Positions 11,841 to 26,800 of a stretch of DNA of 64,000 nucleotides are shown piece by piece. Position 1 is the stretch's first letter. Each line of letters begins with the position of its first letter. Position numbers and translations under genes: made by a program. A model generated the notes under the pieces. That model did no database searches. It was given only the letters and a program-made list of their open reading frames with translations, and was not told the origin of the DNA. The stretch lies in NCBI GenBank assembly GCA_002633005.1, contig NMRA01000487.1, positions 62,001 to 126,000 on the forward strand, in the 5' to 3' direction. The stretch comes from Phoronis australis (lineage: Eukaryota; Animalia; Phoronida).

Positions 11841-14800
11841 ATGGCAGCTACCACAGTGAACGGAGTTGGGTCGGCTAAAAGACCACGTCTGGAAAGCCAA
11901 CCAACCAACACCGTAACGGTTGTTTTAGGTGCTCAGTGGGGGGACGAAGGGAAGGGGAAACTGGTAGATCTGTTGGCAACAGAAGCAGATGTTGTTTGTC
12001 GATGTCAGGTAAGCTTCTTTCCGTGCATATCCTCTTCGGCGTCGTTGCTGAGCCAGTGAATGGCTAGTCACGCTTATCGACTCAGTGTAAACAATAGGCA
12101 ATGCGATCGCCCTGGCCACCGCAAAGCCGAGTGGCGATGTTCTTGTTTTGGTTTGGTCAATTTATAACATATTTTGAGTTATGATCATATTTCATGCATT
12201 TGAGAGTCAAAACCGGATAACTCATTCATTTTTACACTGTTGAACTGGAGGAAACTTACGGTAAAATCTCACCAAGTTAGGACGCATGCCAATATGGCAG
12301 ACAAGTGAAAATTTTTAAAATAAAAGATAAGTAGCACATGCTGTACCATTTTAAAGGTCTGTGCCATAACTACCTTCAGACAATGTTTCCATCAACTGTG
12401 GACATTCAAAACAATATTAGAAGCGTTTGAAAAATGAAAAAAGCAATTTTGGCATTTACGTTTGTCTTTAAATTGGTGAGATTTCACAGTACTCACTTGT
12501 GACCTATGTATTTTATCTGTCCAATTACTGTTTTTTTGTTGAACAGAAATAAACCTGCACCTTCTGTTTGTTTTGTGCCACTCTTATGAATGCAGTCTCG
12601 TTATGTTCCTTACTGAGATAAGACATGACTTCTGGTTGGGCACTGGTCGGATATAGTGGTCCATGATTTTGAGAACCAGGCCATCACTGAGTAATGGGCC
12701 TGTTATTCACTGGATGGAACTGGTTCTCAAAATCAGGGACCGCTTTATCTGACCAGTGTCTGGTTTCACTTACCAAGACAGTGTGACTGTCTCTAGGCAA
12801 TAATCACCTTGAATTATGTATATATGTTTATTAGAGTAAACAAGTCAGTGGCCCACATTGCAAGTTAACAAAAACAGCAGATTTGCTTTTACAAATCACT
12901 TAAAAAACCGTTTCGTTGAGTTTCTGGATGTTCAATAAACTTGGCTACATGTCTTAATATTCTCGCGTCTTCTCAAGACGTAAGAGTCCCTTAAACATGT
13001 AAACATGACAATACTTGTTGATGTATTACCAATATATCTGCTTCTAGCTTCATCATACAAAGGGCATTCCAATAAAAAATGGTGTTCTGTTTCTATACAA
13101 TTCAAACATAGGAAAAGAATCCAAAAGAGTAAATACAATTATGAACAAAGATGACATTTTTACAATTGAACGTGGTTTATGGTGGCTTTAAATGATTATG
13201 TATAAAATCCAAAGTTTTCACTAAATTTTATTATTCTTACGGAAAATGTATTTGTGAATTACTTTCCCAACGTACATTTCAAGTACAAATTACTACTAGT
13301 GCACAGTCTGTTGTAAGTGAAGTTGCCATCTCAAGTCAAGGAGTGCTTATCGTAAGTAATTGAAAGGTTTTATCAGATAACATAACCTTGACAAAGTTCT
13401 TATAAAAGGCACAGAAAGCACGCATGAGATTGACATTTCCATGAAGCAGATAGTATTTTGCTGAGCGTGGACTATGTATGTTTCAATAACTCATTAGAAA
13501 TTTAAATAATAGTTAGTTGACTAAAGAATACAATTTGAATATGTGCTTGCTCAAAAATATTCATCTTTACATCTAATCCAGTAGAGCGCAATGTTATCAG
13601 ATGTTTATTTGTGCTTATTGATTAGCATATCTGTATCTGTTCAATTTGTATGTCAGATAATCTAATGGTGGCGACAACGACAAGGCAATAAGTGATTTAC
13701 GAAACAGCTGCGTGGTATTGAAATTTGCTATCCCGCCAGATAGTGATCAGGTCGTTTGGTTAACAGGTGTTCAACACCAGCAACAGGTCCCATGTAATGC
13801 TGGCATTTTTTGAAGCACAAACTAGTGTGTTCTTCACCTGTATGCATTATAAAACTAAAAATGAAATGAGAAATCCAAACAGCATGTACGCACGTTTCTT
13901 AACAGTGTATGCTTTAGTCAAGCTTTTGAATTTCCCTAATGAAAATTACTCTTACACAAAAGAAATCCTTTTGCAGGATGGAGGAATTCTAAAATTTCAT
14001 TGGGAGTACTGTCACACTCTATTTCAATATCCTGGTGACCCCTGTGTTGAAGAGGTCTAACTACTAAACGAATGAAATACATTGTGAAAGTAAAATCTGA
14101 TCGAGCAGTACGGTAGTAATGGCCGTCAGAAGAAAAGAAGGCGCGATGAACTCAAGAGCACTATCTGGCATGCTGGTGCTGGTTAATGCCTACCGTGAGA
14201 AAAGATTCTCAATCTCTCTTGAAATTAATCAGAATATTATTATCAAGTTGAATGCAAGCAAAGTTGATATTTGCAGCGTTAAGTTTCCTTTGAAAGTACA
14301 GTAATAATACGAATGATAATGATGGCATGAACATGTTTTTCATTTAATTGTAATTTATTAACATACAGGTGCAAAAGTTAGCCATTTGTTATCCTTGAGC
14401 AAGCTTTTGTCTCATCTCATAAATACTGTACTGTCTGTGACAGCAAAATTCATTATGGTGAATAGACTAGTCAAGTTGGCAGCAAGTCAAACATGCAGCT
14501 GCCTACCTTGTGGTTTCATGTCCCCCAGGTTGTTTGATAAACAATAATTTTACCTGTTGTCAGTCATGTAGGGCTGTTACTGAATGTTGCATCATGTGCA
14601 ATTGGTTTGCATGTTTATAAATTCAATTAGTATTGAGAGGGATATGTATTGTGTTCATGAAACTGATCTCTAGTTCCATGGTTTATGGTTTTTTAAACTG
14701 CAAAATGGATACATTCTTATCATGAGATAATAGAGACTAATTAGTGTCGTATCATATGTAGAATGAATTCCTTTTAAAACTTAACAATAGTCAATGTTAC

Positions 14801-17800
14801 TTAATCTTTTTAAATCAGGGCCCTCCATGCCTCAATTTTGGGGCTGATGTCAACGCCACCCCTCCATGAAAAATATTTAAGTCACGCGAAATTCCCGTTG
14901 TCATTCCCAGATTAGAACCACTTCTACAAAACATGAGGCATTGCCGATGACGAGTGTTGACGGATTCCGTTCTCAACCACAAAATTCCAATCTCAGAGCA
15001 AGGGTCTTTACTGAACATTCCATTCTGTGTAGAGAATAAGTGATCCGCTGGGGCCTAGGGATACCTCTCGTACCAAGAGTCTGGGCTGCGTGCCATAGAT
15101 GCAAGAAGATATCTCGCAAAAAAAATACATTTTATGAAATATCGTCATACATTACAAGCAAGCAGCCTCACTTGCGAAATTCTTTTGTCTATGGCAGGGG
15201 TTCACCCATGATTTCAAAAATTGGTCGTCTGAAATGGGTTTCCCAGTGTTTCCCCACAGCCATGATCAATGGTGCTTGACGGTGTTCTTGAGTTATGACG
15301 CACAAGTCAAACTGTTGTCATAGTGTGTGGTAAATTACTTTGGAGATAAGGGAATCCAATCAAGTTTATTTTATACATGACTGAACTAACATATTATTCT
15401 GAACAGGCCATTGACTTCAAAGTGCTGATGTTAGCAAGTTAAAAGACAGCAGTGTCTGTTTGTTTACTTTACTTGGGCGTCATAATGGTGAACAGGGGGT
15501 ACTAGCTAGCGTGTGTAAATTTGGGTCGGGGTGTCCATTTGAAGGCCAGGTGTACAGAAAGCAGCCATGTTGAGCAACTCTGGCTGACAGAATGAGGGCT
15601 AAGTGGGCATTTATGTGTTGGCCCCAGAATCAACTTAAAGCTATGATAAATCAGTTTGAAATTATTAAAAATTCAAAAGTAATGCCAGCAGGCCTCAAGC
15701 TGCTGCAGTACATCTTCTATAGAAATCCAGGTAAGATAATCTTGTTTCTGATGACAAAATTTCAGTGCAAGTCATCGGTCAACATTGGCTACACTTGATT
15801 CTACCGGATCAGCTGGCTAAGACTTCTGATTGGTTTGTTAGCCAGAAGCCGTCATCGTGAACCAATCAGATGTCTTAAGCGGTTTACCCGGCGGAAGTGG
15901 CAAAGTCAATCAGTGTACACATTGAAATACACATGTCCCAAGGTAATAGTCACACTACATGTGCATCCTGGGTTGTGTGCTTGCAAGGTGCATTAGACTT
16001 TAATGCAGGTTTATATTGTTAATTTTTTATGCTGTGATTGTAATTACAGGGTGGAAACAATGCCGGTCACACTGTTGTTGTTGGCGAAACTGCCTACGAT
16101 TTCCATATCCTGCCTAGTGGTATAATCAATGAGAAGGCAATGAATGTCATTGGTAAGTTGATATTGAAATAATATTTAATGTCAGTGATAAGATGATAGC
16201 AAACAGATGACATAGAATTGGTGAGAGCACAAGAACAACTTGAACCGGATCCAAAATTTTGTTGTATAAGACTGATACTTGGCAGCAGATTTCTCTGATC
16301 CACAGAGATTTTACAGTGATGACTTTTTGCACGTCATTTGAACATCCTGGCCCATGAGAGTAGGGGCATGATGATTACAAAGAATTCTAAAAACACTTGA
16401 CAATCCACTGCTTTAGTTTTGGTCTCCATACACAATGGAAAAAAAACTGTGACCAAATAACTGAAGAGTTATTATGCTAACTCAAGATCCCATTTTTGTT
16501 GGGCTGTTAAACTAATGAACCATCTTGGTAATGTTTTCATTGTCCGCTTTGTGTTGGCTGGAAATTAGACCCTTCTTTGTACTCGTAATGTGTTTTGTAT
16601 TGAAAATGAATTTACAGCAGTAAAAGCTATTGTTGAATAAAGATGCTGTTTAATCACCTGTTTTCATTGTTTATAGGCAATGGCGTCGTGGTTAACATCC
16701 CTGACTTTTTCAAAGAACTTGAAAAAAACGTGGCCAAAGGGTTAAACAATTGGGAGCAGCGTCTCCTGGTGTCAGGACGTGCACATTTAGGTAATTATAC
16801 GCAGTTGATCTTTAAAGTCGACGAGCATGCATCACGGCTCTTGATTCACTGTCTCCATGAGATCATTAAACACTCTAACACTGTCCAGGTCACATGGACA
16901 GGTGCTCCAGAATAAGTTGTCCAAGGAAACGGAATGTTCAAGTACAAGTGCATTTATTTTGTAAGCCAACAGTAGCAGATCATCTTACTTAGATCTGGCC
17001 AGGCGATCTCCACATGTAACCGGTTATGTATTTTCAGATGAGAAAGCGTGGTATTACATCCGATTTTGTTGTTTTATTGCTCTGGTACAGCTTGTAACTT
17101 GAAGAAGTCTATCCCATCCAAAAATAATTCCAAAATGCATGTTTTTGTCTGTAAAACCAATAACGTCGCTGTAAGAAACAGCATTGGCATACCCATGCCC
17201 ATTTGGTGAGATTGTGCTTGAAACCTTCTTCTGTGTGGGTTTCATAGATCAAGGGACTACTTCTCAGTTTCATTGGGCAGAACCACATTTATATGTGATT
17301 TATTGGAATTTTGGTTTAGAAGGAATGCAAACCACTCAATATGGTGTTTTGTTATTTTCAAGTCTGTAAAGTGGATGGCTTTAATGGGGTAGGGAACAAT
17401 AGCCGTATCGTTTTATGACTGTTACAGAAGCAGCCACAATGGGTAATTTATAGCCTCAATCACTCCGCCTTTGACAATATCCAGTGTCGAAAACAAAAAC
17501 GTGATAACCCACTAACATAAAATTGATCTTGGTTTGTTACGTACTTGGATCAATAGTGATTTCTGTGCTTACTGAATATGTTTTTTACCAAAAAACCTTG
17601 TGACTTTAGGGCTTCAAACAAAATGCTGCAAAAAGTAACACGCTGTAACTTGGTTTTTTATGTAAAGAGAATGTTTTGGCTGAATTGTTTAAAATCATCA
17701 ATTGTTTGCCAGTGCATGTGTGGTAAGCTTGTCGCAGGCTTTCACTGTGTGGTAAACATGTGAGTTTGATTGACAAACAGGAAACTGCATTTAAACTAGG

Positions 17801-20800
17801 CGAAAACTCGTCTATCATTCAATCCATATTAGATTTCTGGCCTACTCTTGGGAGTAGTCAAGGCAACAGATCACGCTTCGGTTATCATTTTTGAAGGGCC
17901 TTTAGAAATATGCTAATAAATGCAAGGATTTGGATAGAGCAAGGATTTGGATAGAACAAGGATTCTGTTGAAGACAATTAGTTAATGGTGTGTGATAAAC
18001 CAGTCATGTCCAATTGTGAACTTTGAAACAGAATTGGTCATGTTTGTGGATGGAAATCAAACCACAGGTGCGTTGCAACAGTTCTATTCTGTCCATGGTG
18101 CAATCTACGTAAAAATTAGGAATGCTACTTCATCAGCGCTCTAAAATATAGTCAACAAAAACAAAGGTGTTTAAATTTTTTTTGGATGCGTATACCTTTG
18201 TACATGTCTTCAACTTACCTGTTGAGCATTGGTTCAGTTGACACCCTTGGTCCTGCCTAAAGGTTTCAGGTGTTCAAGAAAGGTTAATGAAGCATGTTTT
18301 TCTTGTAATGGGCTGCAGTGTGTTCTAATCATTGATGTTTTGTGCACTGCATCCAGGGGTGGGTTATTCGTTTTCTTTTGATTTCTTTTTATGTCCTGGA
18401 CACAAAGTAGTTTGAAAATATTTATTGTTATTTGATGAATAACTATTTTATTCTCTTATGTACTCCCAATAACGCTCACGAGTTTGTATAAATCTCAAGA
18501 TTAATTTTTTATCCATTTTGAATTTTTTCCATTTGTGTGTTCACAGTTATAAAAAATTCTACATTACAAGCAATCTTAGAATTGATAAGGAAAATTCATC
18601 ACCTGCATCTTTGGTAGTCAGTTTTCTCTGTTACATATGTAATTGGTGCTTTGAAAAGTAGGACTGTAGTTAAATGCAAAAAAATCAATGCAACAGATCC
18701 CATTCACAAGCTTGACATTGATTCAATCCCTGCAGTGACTTTTTCAATGGCTTGTTCATTTGTTCCTTCAAGTAATATGAGACCACAATTCAGAGAATTA
18801 TGTTATTAAAATAGTTGGGAACAGCAACCGTGGTCTGATATATTGGGAGTGAGGATTCTCAGAATAAGCCTACGGTCTACAACCTCTGTATTAATACCTT
18901 GGGCTTGCTTCTACCTAGCATTCATGAGTAACATATTACACATTTTTGGTAATGATTGTTGGCTTAACATTTTATCAAGTAGTAGTAATATCTCCCATTA
19001 TACCAAACTTTAATAACATTTATAAATTTCCTTGTTGTCTTCTATTTTCTCTCAAGTGCTTCATGTGTGGTTGGATTGTTGTTATACCTTGTGGTCAGTC
19101 ATATATGCGTGTTTATCCTCATTGCAGACTACCCCCACATTGGTCTTTTTATGGTTATGCTACTTGTGCTATTTCTGTGCTAAATTCTGGCATGGCAGTT
19201 CTTGGCCCATAGCTCTATGTGTACAGATTCTCAGGCATTCAGCACAGTTATATATGGGGATGTAATGCTGGGCAGTTGATATGGGAATTGTACGGTAGAG
19301 TTCCCTTGATATTGCAACACAAGACTTAAGTGATCTGCTGCTATGTTTTACTATGAAAAAATTTATGGTAAAAGTTAGGGACAGTGAAAAATTAATTTTC
19401 TGGTGGTTGGAGCTTGTACCAAATTTTAGGAATTTCATTACGCTATATTGGCGTCCCCAAATATTCAAGGGCTACAATCAACGACCAAAGTTCATTCGCT
19501 TCCCCAAATTCAAGGGCTACAATCAACGACCAAAGTTCATTCGCCTCTGTGTTACACACTATGAGGACAGATGAACGTGTCGCATTGGTTGCTGTTTTCA
19601 ATGATTTTATAAGCTGCCATTGTTTCCAGTCTTGATACAAATTGTGTTCGATATTTAGAGCTATGATCAACGCCAAAATCGCCCACGTCCCAATCTTCAA
19701 AATTAAGAAAACGTAGTTTCCTTGAATTTATTTCAGTATCTCAAATTTTAGGGACTGTCCCAAACTGAGAAATTGTTATTCTATTCTGTTTTCATTGCTC
19801 AAAAGTGATTGTATGTTATGCAATGTCTCCCGCTTACCCAGGGACTGGCAAGTCCTGTCTAGCTGTTGCCTCAGATTCTCAATGCTTAGATTTACCGTAA
19901 CCAGCAGCCTTGGCTAATTAAAAACATTTCCTGTTTTTGTTTTTCACGTTATTTTCGTCCCCAGGATTTATTTCTGCACTTAATGTCCATGAGTTGATGA
20001 AATTAAAATGCACCGCTATTAAACTTTTTTATTTTCCTGTTTTTGTTACGTTACTACATAAATCAATTTGTAATCATAACATGTATTGTTAGTAATAGTA
20101 TGTAGATTCCAATAACCATTAATGATACTTGGTGCTTTGCCTTCGTTCATACAGCAACTGTAATGAGGTTGTTATCATACTATTAATAGAAAAAAATGGG
20201 CCATCCTGTGGGATTTAACTTGGGTTAATGATTCAGTTTTTACCTTTGTAGATTATAATAAGTGAAAATATCACATGCATTAATAATAGTAACTCACGTA
20301 CAGTTTATCAGGACATCTATTGTAGAAATAAAGATATTTATTGACAAATGAAAATTGTTATGGTTTGAAAATTAGCTCTGCTGCTCTACAGTAATTGTAA
20401 CAACTTTTAAGAATTCTGTTCTTGGAACTTGATTGGTGATGGACAACCTCTGTTTCATCTAGAAATTCTACTGATTAAAATTGAAAATTTCATTTAAATC
20501 TTTAAACACATTGAAATCTGTCTCTAATTGTTCCTTGCTTTGAGCTGATTTCTAGGTCAGGTAAGAACTCGATTGTCTTATAGCTTGAGGCCAGGCTCGG
20601 TACAGAAAATGACCCATTCCAGCCTTCTAAGCTTGCCCTGTAGTTCTTCCAAAATCAGAAATCGGCTCTCTTCTGAGCAATGACCAATTTGTAACCAATG
20701 TTATTGCAAAGAGTCTATATTGGCTTTTGCCCATTGCATTTAGCCAAAAACCAATAGCCAATAGTTGATTTGTTTGTCTTCTGCGTTTCTTGAAACAATT

Positions 20801-23800
20801 GGGTCTTCTGTCTATTCAAGTAGACAATAGATATCTGTCTTCTGGATTCGAGTTGCTAACAGATTTTCTTACTTTCAAACTTAGTCTGGTTTTAGTGAAA
20901 CAAGCTTAGCCTTCCGTAGTCAGTTNTTTACATTTTTAGCTGAACATCCAAAGACTGAAACCAATAGATTTTGAGAAACAGGCCCCATATCACTCACATG
21001 GAATTCCACGTGCTTTGGTGTAGGATTTGATGTCACTTCTGCCACCAGATGGTGCTGTGTTAGCGTGTGGAACTGTGTGTTCTTCAATTGTAGGTGTTTG
21101 TTTGTATGTTATATACAGTGTTTGACTTTAGTTTATTGTTTACAGTGTTTGACTTTCACCAACAAGTGGACGGTCTGCAGGAGTCTGGCCGAGGGACAAA
21201 GCTGTAAGTACATTTCTAGACTGAAATAACCTGAAAGTTGTACTGTATTCGAGCATATTTTAGTTCAAGTATCGGTATCTGAACTAATGTGTTTTCTTGA
21301 AGAAATTTTTACTCAGATATTTCACATATAGGCGCGTGCATTTTCACTTGTAGGTGCAGGCAGCTATGCCTTGCATATGTGCGTGTTTTCGTATCGGTGG
21401 TTTTTGTGTGTTTTTTGTCAGTTCTGTGTACTTTTCAATCATTGAATGGTGAACTGTTGGAAATTTAGACATTTAAGGTTAGGTAGGACGCTATAAAAAT
21501 GGCCAAATTTAGATGACCTCGGAACTTTATATTTCAGAAACGGCTGATTGGATTCCTATGAAACTTTCAGATATTATGCTTTATGAAATGTTCTCCAAGA
21601 CGTTTTAGGAATTGTTTTCAAAGTGTTTCACTTTTGCAAGAGGGGCTATCAAAAAATAGGACTTTTATTATTTTCATGACAAATCTTTAAAGTTGCATAA
21701 AACAAAAATGAAATTGTATTTTAGAAAAGTGTATTGGCTTTTTTGATATCTCGCCTAGAACATTTATATCTAATAAATGTGATGGTGTTATTGACACCGT
21801 TGTTTAGCTGTCAATCAATGTCCCTTTCTTTTTGCTAAATTTTAATTAAAAGGACCTGGTCACATGACTCAATTACTAACAGATTGCTAAAAAGTCAGTC
21901 AAATTCTACAAGTTTTCTATGTTCAGAAAATATATACCTTTACTGACTTAGAATCTATAGTTTTTAAATATTATGCTAAATGCATAGACATGTCGATGAA
22001 GTCCCACATAACTTTAACGTCCGCCATTTTGTATCAGATAACTCAAGTTTCAGTCACAGCTTGTTTGTGTAACTGAAGTGTTTCATGTACGTCCACTTGT
22101 GCTTACGGTATTTCTTCACTTATTTAGCACACAATATGGCCGACAAGTGAAATACTATTTCGTCAAATTTGTCCTCAAAAAACTAAGATCATGGGAAAAT
22201 TGATCCATTATTGACATAGTTTTTACTATGTAGGTGTCATAAAACAACATTTGCTTAAAGTTTCAACTATTTTAAAAAAGTAATCAACCTTTGAAAAATT
22301 GGAAAAATGACACTTTTTGTGTGAAATAAGTGAAGAATTACAGTATTTCCGTATACAGGGGTAGCTTCACATTTGGGTGCATGACAACCATTTACATTTA
22401 TAAAAGTAGATGCCTGAAAGCCACATGCATTGTCAAAATCAGTGTAATGGATATTGGCAATCTCGTACTAGAAGTTTGCAGCAGGGAAACTAGTCGTAAA
22501 GACAGTGTGTGTAAATCAGTGTCTATCATTCAATAGAAATTTGTATTCCGTTTTTCATTTCAGAATTGGCACCACAAAGAAAGGCATCGGACCGACGTAC
22601 TCCGCCAAAATGCACAGGCATGGCCTGCGAGTGTCTGATCTGCTGGGAGACTGGAACTTGTTTAAAGAAAGGTAGGTTAAAGTCTTCGATCAAACACTGA
22701 TGGATAAAATAGCTGCACATGTCAGTAAGGACTAGGGGTGTCACATTCTCACGTCATGTGAATCATATAGCCGCTTGTGGTTAAAGAGAAAAGCCCTTGT
22801 TTTAGTTATTATCTACATGTGCAGCGATTATTAACTGATTTGGTCAGCAAAATTATGTTTTTCTGTGCATTGTGATTCTACAATCACTTCCATTGAGACA
22901 AAAGTTGTGATTGCACTGTGTTACGTGTCAAGTCGAGGTGTCGCCCCCAACAACCCATGAAGAGTTTCTTGTCTGTGCTTGGTGGTCGCATTGGACAGTT
23001 GCCTGGTGACATGAAAATTTTAGTGTCTGACATCAAAGTTGGAATACTGATAACCAGAGGTGAGCTGAACCACGCAGGTGTGTGTCATTATAAATTTCAT
23101 TGACAACTCATGTTCTGTGTGTGAAAATGGTAGTATATTTTCCTGACTTCTCGATCTGATTTGCTTGATTACAGTTTGTCCGTGACCTTGTCTTGTAGGT
23201 TTCGTAATCTGGCCAAATATTACTTGCGTTGCTATGACGATCTGTCAATTGACATCGAAGCAGAAATTGTGAAGTACGAGGTACGTTTGTGTGATACACC
23301 CCAGTTTTGTTGGTGTTATTGTTTAACAATGTCTCAGACCTTGCAGGTTTTAATGCTGAACTATGTTGTCTTAACGATTTCCTCTTACGATACCTGGGGT
23401 GTTTGAGATTGTGGCAGTTTCTGGTTTCCCGGAAGAGGTGCTTCTTATGCGCCCACATATTTGTGGGCGCATGACGTGTGTTCGTGAAAATTTTCAGTTA
23501 TGTTTCTTTCCTGGATGGGACGCCTTGAGCAACTGTTACATATTGAAATAGAAATTTTTAGGCAATTAAGCTTTACCTATCTTGTTACTTGGTGAGGTGA
23601 AATTTCTTCAAGTCTTTTGCTTTGTCTTTTTTCGCGTGCTACAGGTGGCATTTACGCATAGCATGTGTATCATGAATAGATCAAAGCCTATTGTTTTTAG
23701 TTGAAATCGGACACAAGATGACGCTGTGGTGGCCATTTTTCACTTTTTTGGTTTTCGCAGCCAAGTGTCGCTCCTCAGAATGCTTTCATTTGTACAGGCC

Positions 23801-26800
23801 ACTGTGTCACAGCTTATTTCAGTTGATTGTTTTGACGAAATGACATGGGTTTGTCCCTTGACTCATTCTTCTCAATTGCAGCAGTCTTTTTTCTCTCAAA
23901 TATATGGTGGGGAGTCTGTAGTCCATGTGTTGTCCTCTTGTAGGAGTGGCGCGAGAAGATTCGGCCACTGGTCAGTGACACCATCTCTTACCTGCATAAA
24001 GCCTTGAAGGAGGACAAGAACATCTTGGTAGAGGGCGCCAATGCGACAATGCTGGACATTGATTTTGGTATGTAAAATCTCTTATGAGGTTGTACATTTT
24101 TACCAACATTTTCAAAGGCTAAAAATTTTATAGCTGTGGAGCCTTAATTGAATTTGTTACGAGCTACTTATCAATCATGTCATTGTTACAGGCACCTACC
24201 CTTTCGTCACATCTAGTAATTGTAGTGTGGGAGCAGTGTGCACTGGATTAGGCATCCCGCCTAAGTATGTGGGTGACACCTGGGGAGTGGTTAAAGCTTT
24301 CACCACCAGAGTCGGGCCAGGCGCTCTGCCCACAGAACAAAACAACGTACGGGTTTGCAGACTTGTGTTGAATTTGAAGTTACATCTTTGTCAAAGTGCA
24401 GATTTTGTGTACGAATTGTAACTTTGGTTGTGAATTGCTCACTACGGGTTGGATGGTGGTAATTTTGCTCTTATGGTTTTGCGCTGTGTTAACTTTGCAG
24501 AAGCGAGAAATTACAGGTCGGGTTTTAAATGTTTTTATTTTTTACCTGGAAATCAGTATTTCACACTTTTTTAAATTGCGTGCCTCCTGAACATTGTCTT
24601 TATTTCTCCACTTGTCGCTTTAGCTTTGTTGTTTGTGCTCTTGTAGGAGATTGGTGATAAACTGCGAGAACTCGGTAAGGAGTATGGCGTGACAACAGGT
24701 CGACCGCGCCGTATTGGTTGGTTAGATCTGCCAGTGATCAAATACACAAGTGCCATTAACGGCTTCACTGGGTGAGCAATGGGTACAGGTCTTTGTGGGT
24801 GTTTTACGTGCACACCTATATGGTTGCATATTGTCGTCATCGTCACTGGACCGGCATCCACTCCTATATTTCCTAAACCGCTTGAAGGATCTTCATGAAT
24901 TTGGTGGACGCATTCTTAAGAATTTGATGATGAATGGCAGCTACGTATGGAGGGAATCAATTCCCACAGAGCCAATTAGTTTAAGTTTTTTGTATTCACC
25001 TCTAAATCTACAGTTGGTCTCTGAATTTTTTTGGCATATTTGTTCCTATCAAGGAGATGATCATGATGTGACCAATACATTTTCGGATCGTGCCGACTAC
25101 TAGAACAACTAATGATGGCAGTTTTAATATTTTGGTTCTGTTTACTGCCAAGTCGATGGAGAGTTGCGAGCATGGCTAACGTTGAGTTTGGACTAAAACT
25201 GTCATTGCCAATTTTCGGATGACCATCACTGCTGCCTGAACACTCAAGTTTCCCACTGTCACATACTCTAGTGGTTGGAAATACTTGAAAAAAATTACAT
25301 CGGTGACGTCTTTGCTGTTACTGCACAATGCAGAACAGGAGACGGTAATACTCGACAAGCTTGATTTACGTTCATTTATTGTATGTTAAACAATGCTGAC
25401 TATTATAAAGTTAGGGGGTTATGCGTTGACGTTGATATGTTACTATGGTAGTAGCTTGTAGACACCTTGTAGGTATTCTACGAAGAAACAAGATAATGAG
25501 ATTAATACAGAGGTAAACTAAACACAAAACATACATAAAAGCTAGTACAACAAAGACCATTATTGAGATCACAAGCTTAATGCAATTCAGTGTTGAAACA
25601 ACAACAAAACTTGTATTAGATTATCAAGGAAAGCATAAAAGCTTACATCAATTGCGCCTTCAACTTTCAAACTTGCTACCTCAGAACTTTGAACACATAT
25701 GACCTTCAGTTAAAACAAACATGGGTGCACTGAGAAAACTAGGTCAACTCTGAATGGATAGCATGAATAAAACATGGGGTAGTCTATATATGGGGTACAC
25801 AGACAGGCAGTACAACAGACTGCGTACAGGGTGAACACAAAACTGTCATCTGCAGCTACATTTGCTGTTTGCAATACGCACGGTGAATGCATAACATTCT
25901 GGGTAGCTCTTATCTGTAGTTGTCACTGCTTAATGTTGCTTAGAATTGGGTGATCAACTTGCGTTACTTCCAAGAATTGATTTATTGTTATTTAGAACAA
26001 TGTTGCGGTAGCCCTAGCAAACATGTAAGCCGTGAATTAGACCGAGTTTGAATATATCTGCAATGAGAGACATCGGTGCCATGTGTTCAATCAGTTCAGT
26101 GAGTTTAATATTCTTGTTTTTCAGGATTGCACTGACCAAGCTTGATATACTGAGTGCACTCGATGAACTCAAAATTGGTGTTGACTACAAACTGGAGGGC
26201 AAAGTATTGGACTACTTTCCAAGTAAGACATTTCTCGGAAACTGTTGTGAAGTGGCTATAAATCAGACCTCCCTGAAAATAACTTTTGCTTTAGGACACT
26301 TACATCTATAAACGTGGTCTTGACTTGCCTAATCTTTTTACTCAAAATCGAACTTGATTTTGACATTTTCCATTCTGCTTAAATACGAAAGCAAAATACT
26401 TGTCTGTAATTCTGTGCTCAATCATATGCTTTATGACCCCTGCATTGATTATGAACTCCAAAATTTCGAGTTTTTACTCGAATTTGTAGCCTGAATCTTG
26501 GAGTCATCAAGTGGGAACTTGTACTTTATTAAACTCTAGCACAGAATAGAAGTCAATTATCTTGAGTTTTAATTAAAGTAGACTGGAAAATGTCGAAAAT
26601 ATATTTGAGCTCGATTTCGGGCTCGGCATCAAGCTCAATAAGTTGTACAGTCATGCTGTGTCATGGTCTCGAGTACCTATAAACTGTCACTTCTTAAATA
26701 ACCCAGAAATCATTACTCAATCTGAGTAAGGGACAAGTTGGGACCAATTTTATCATGCGCCCACATATTTATATGTGGACGCATTATGTCGTCATCTCCG

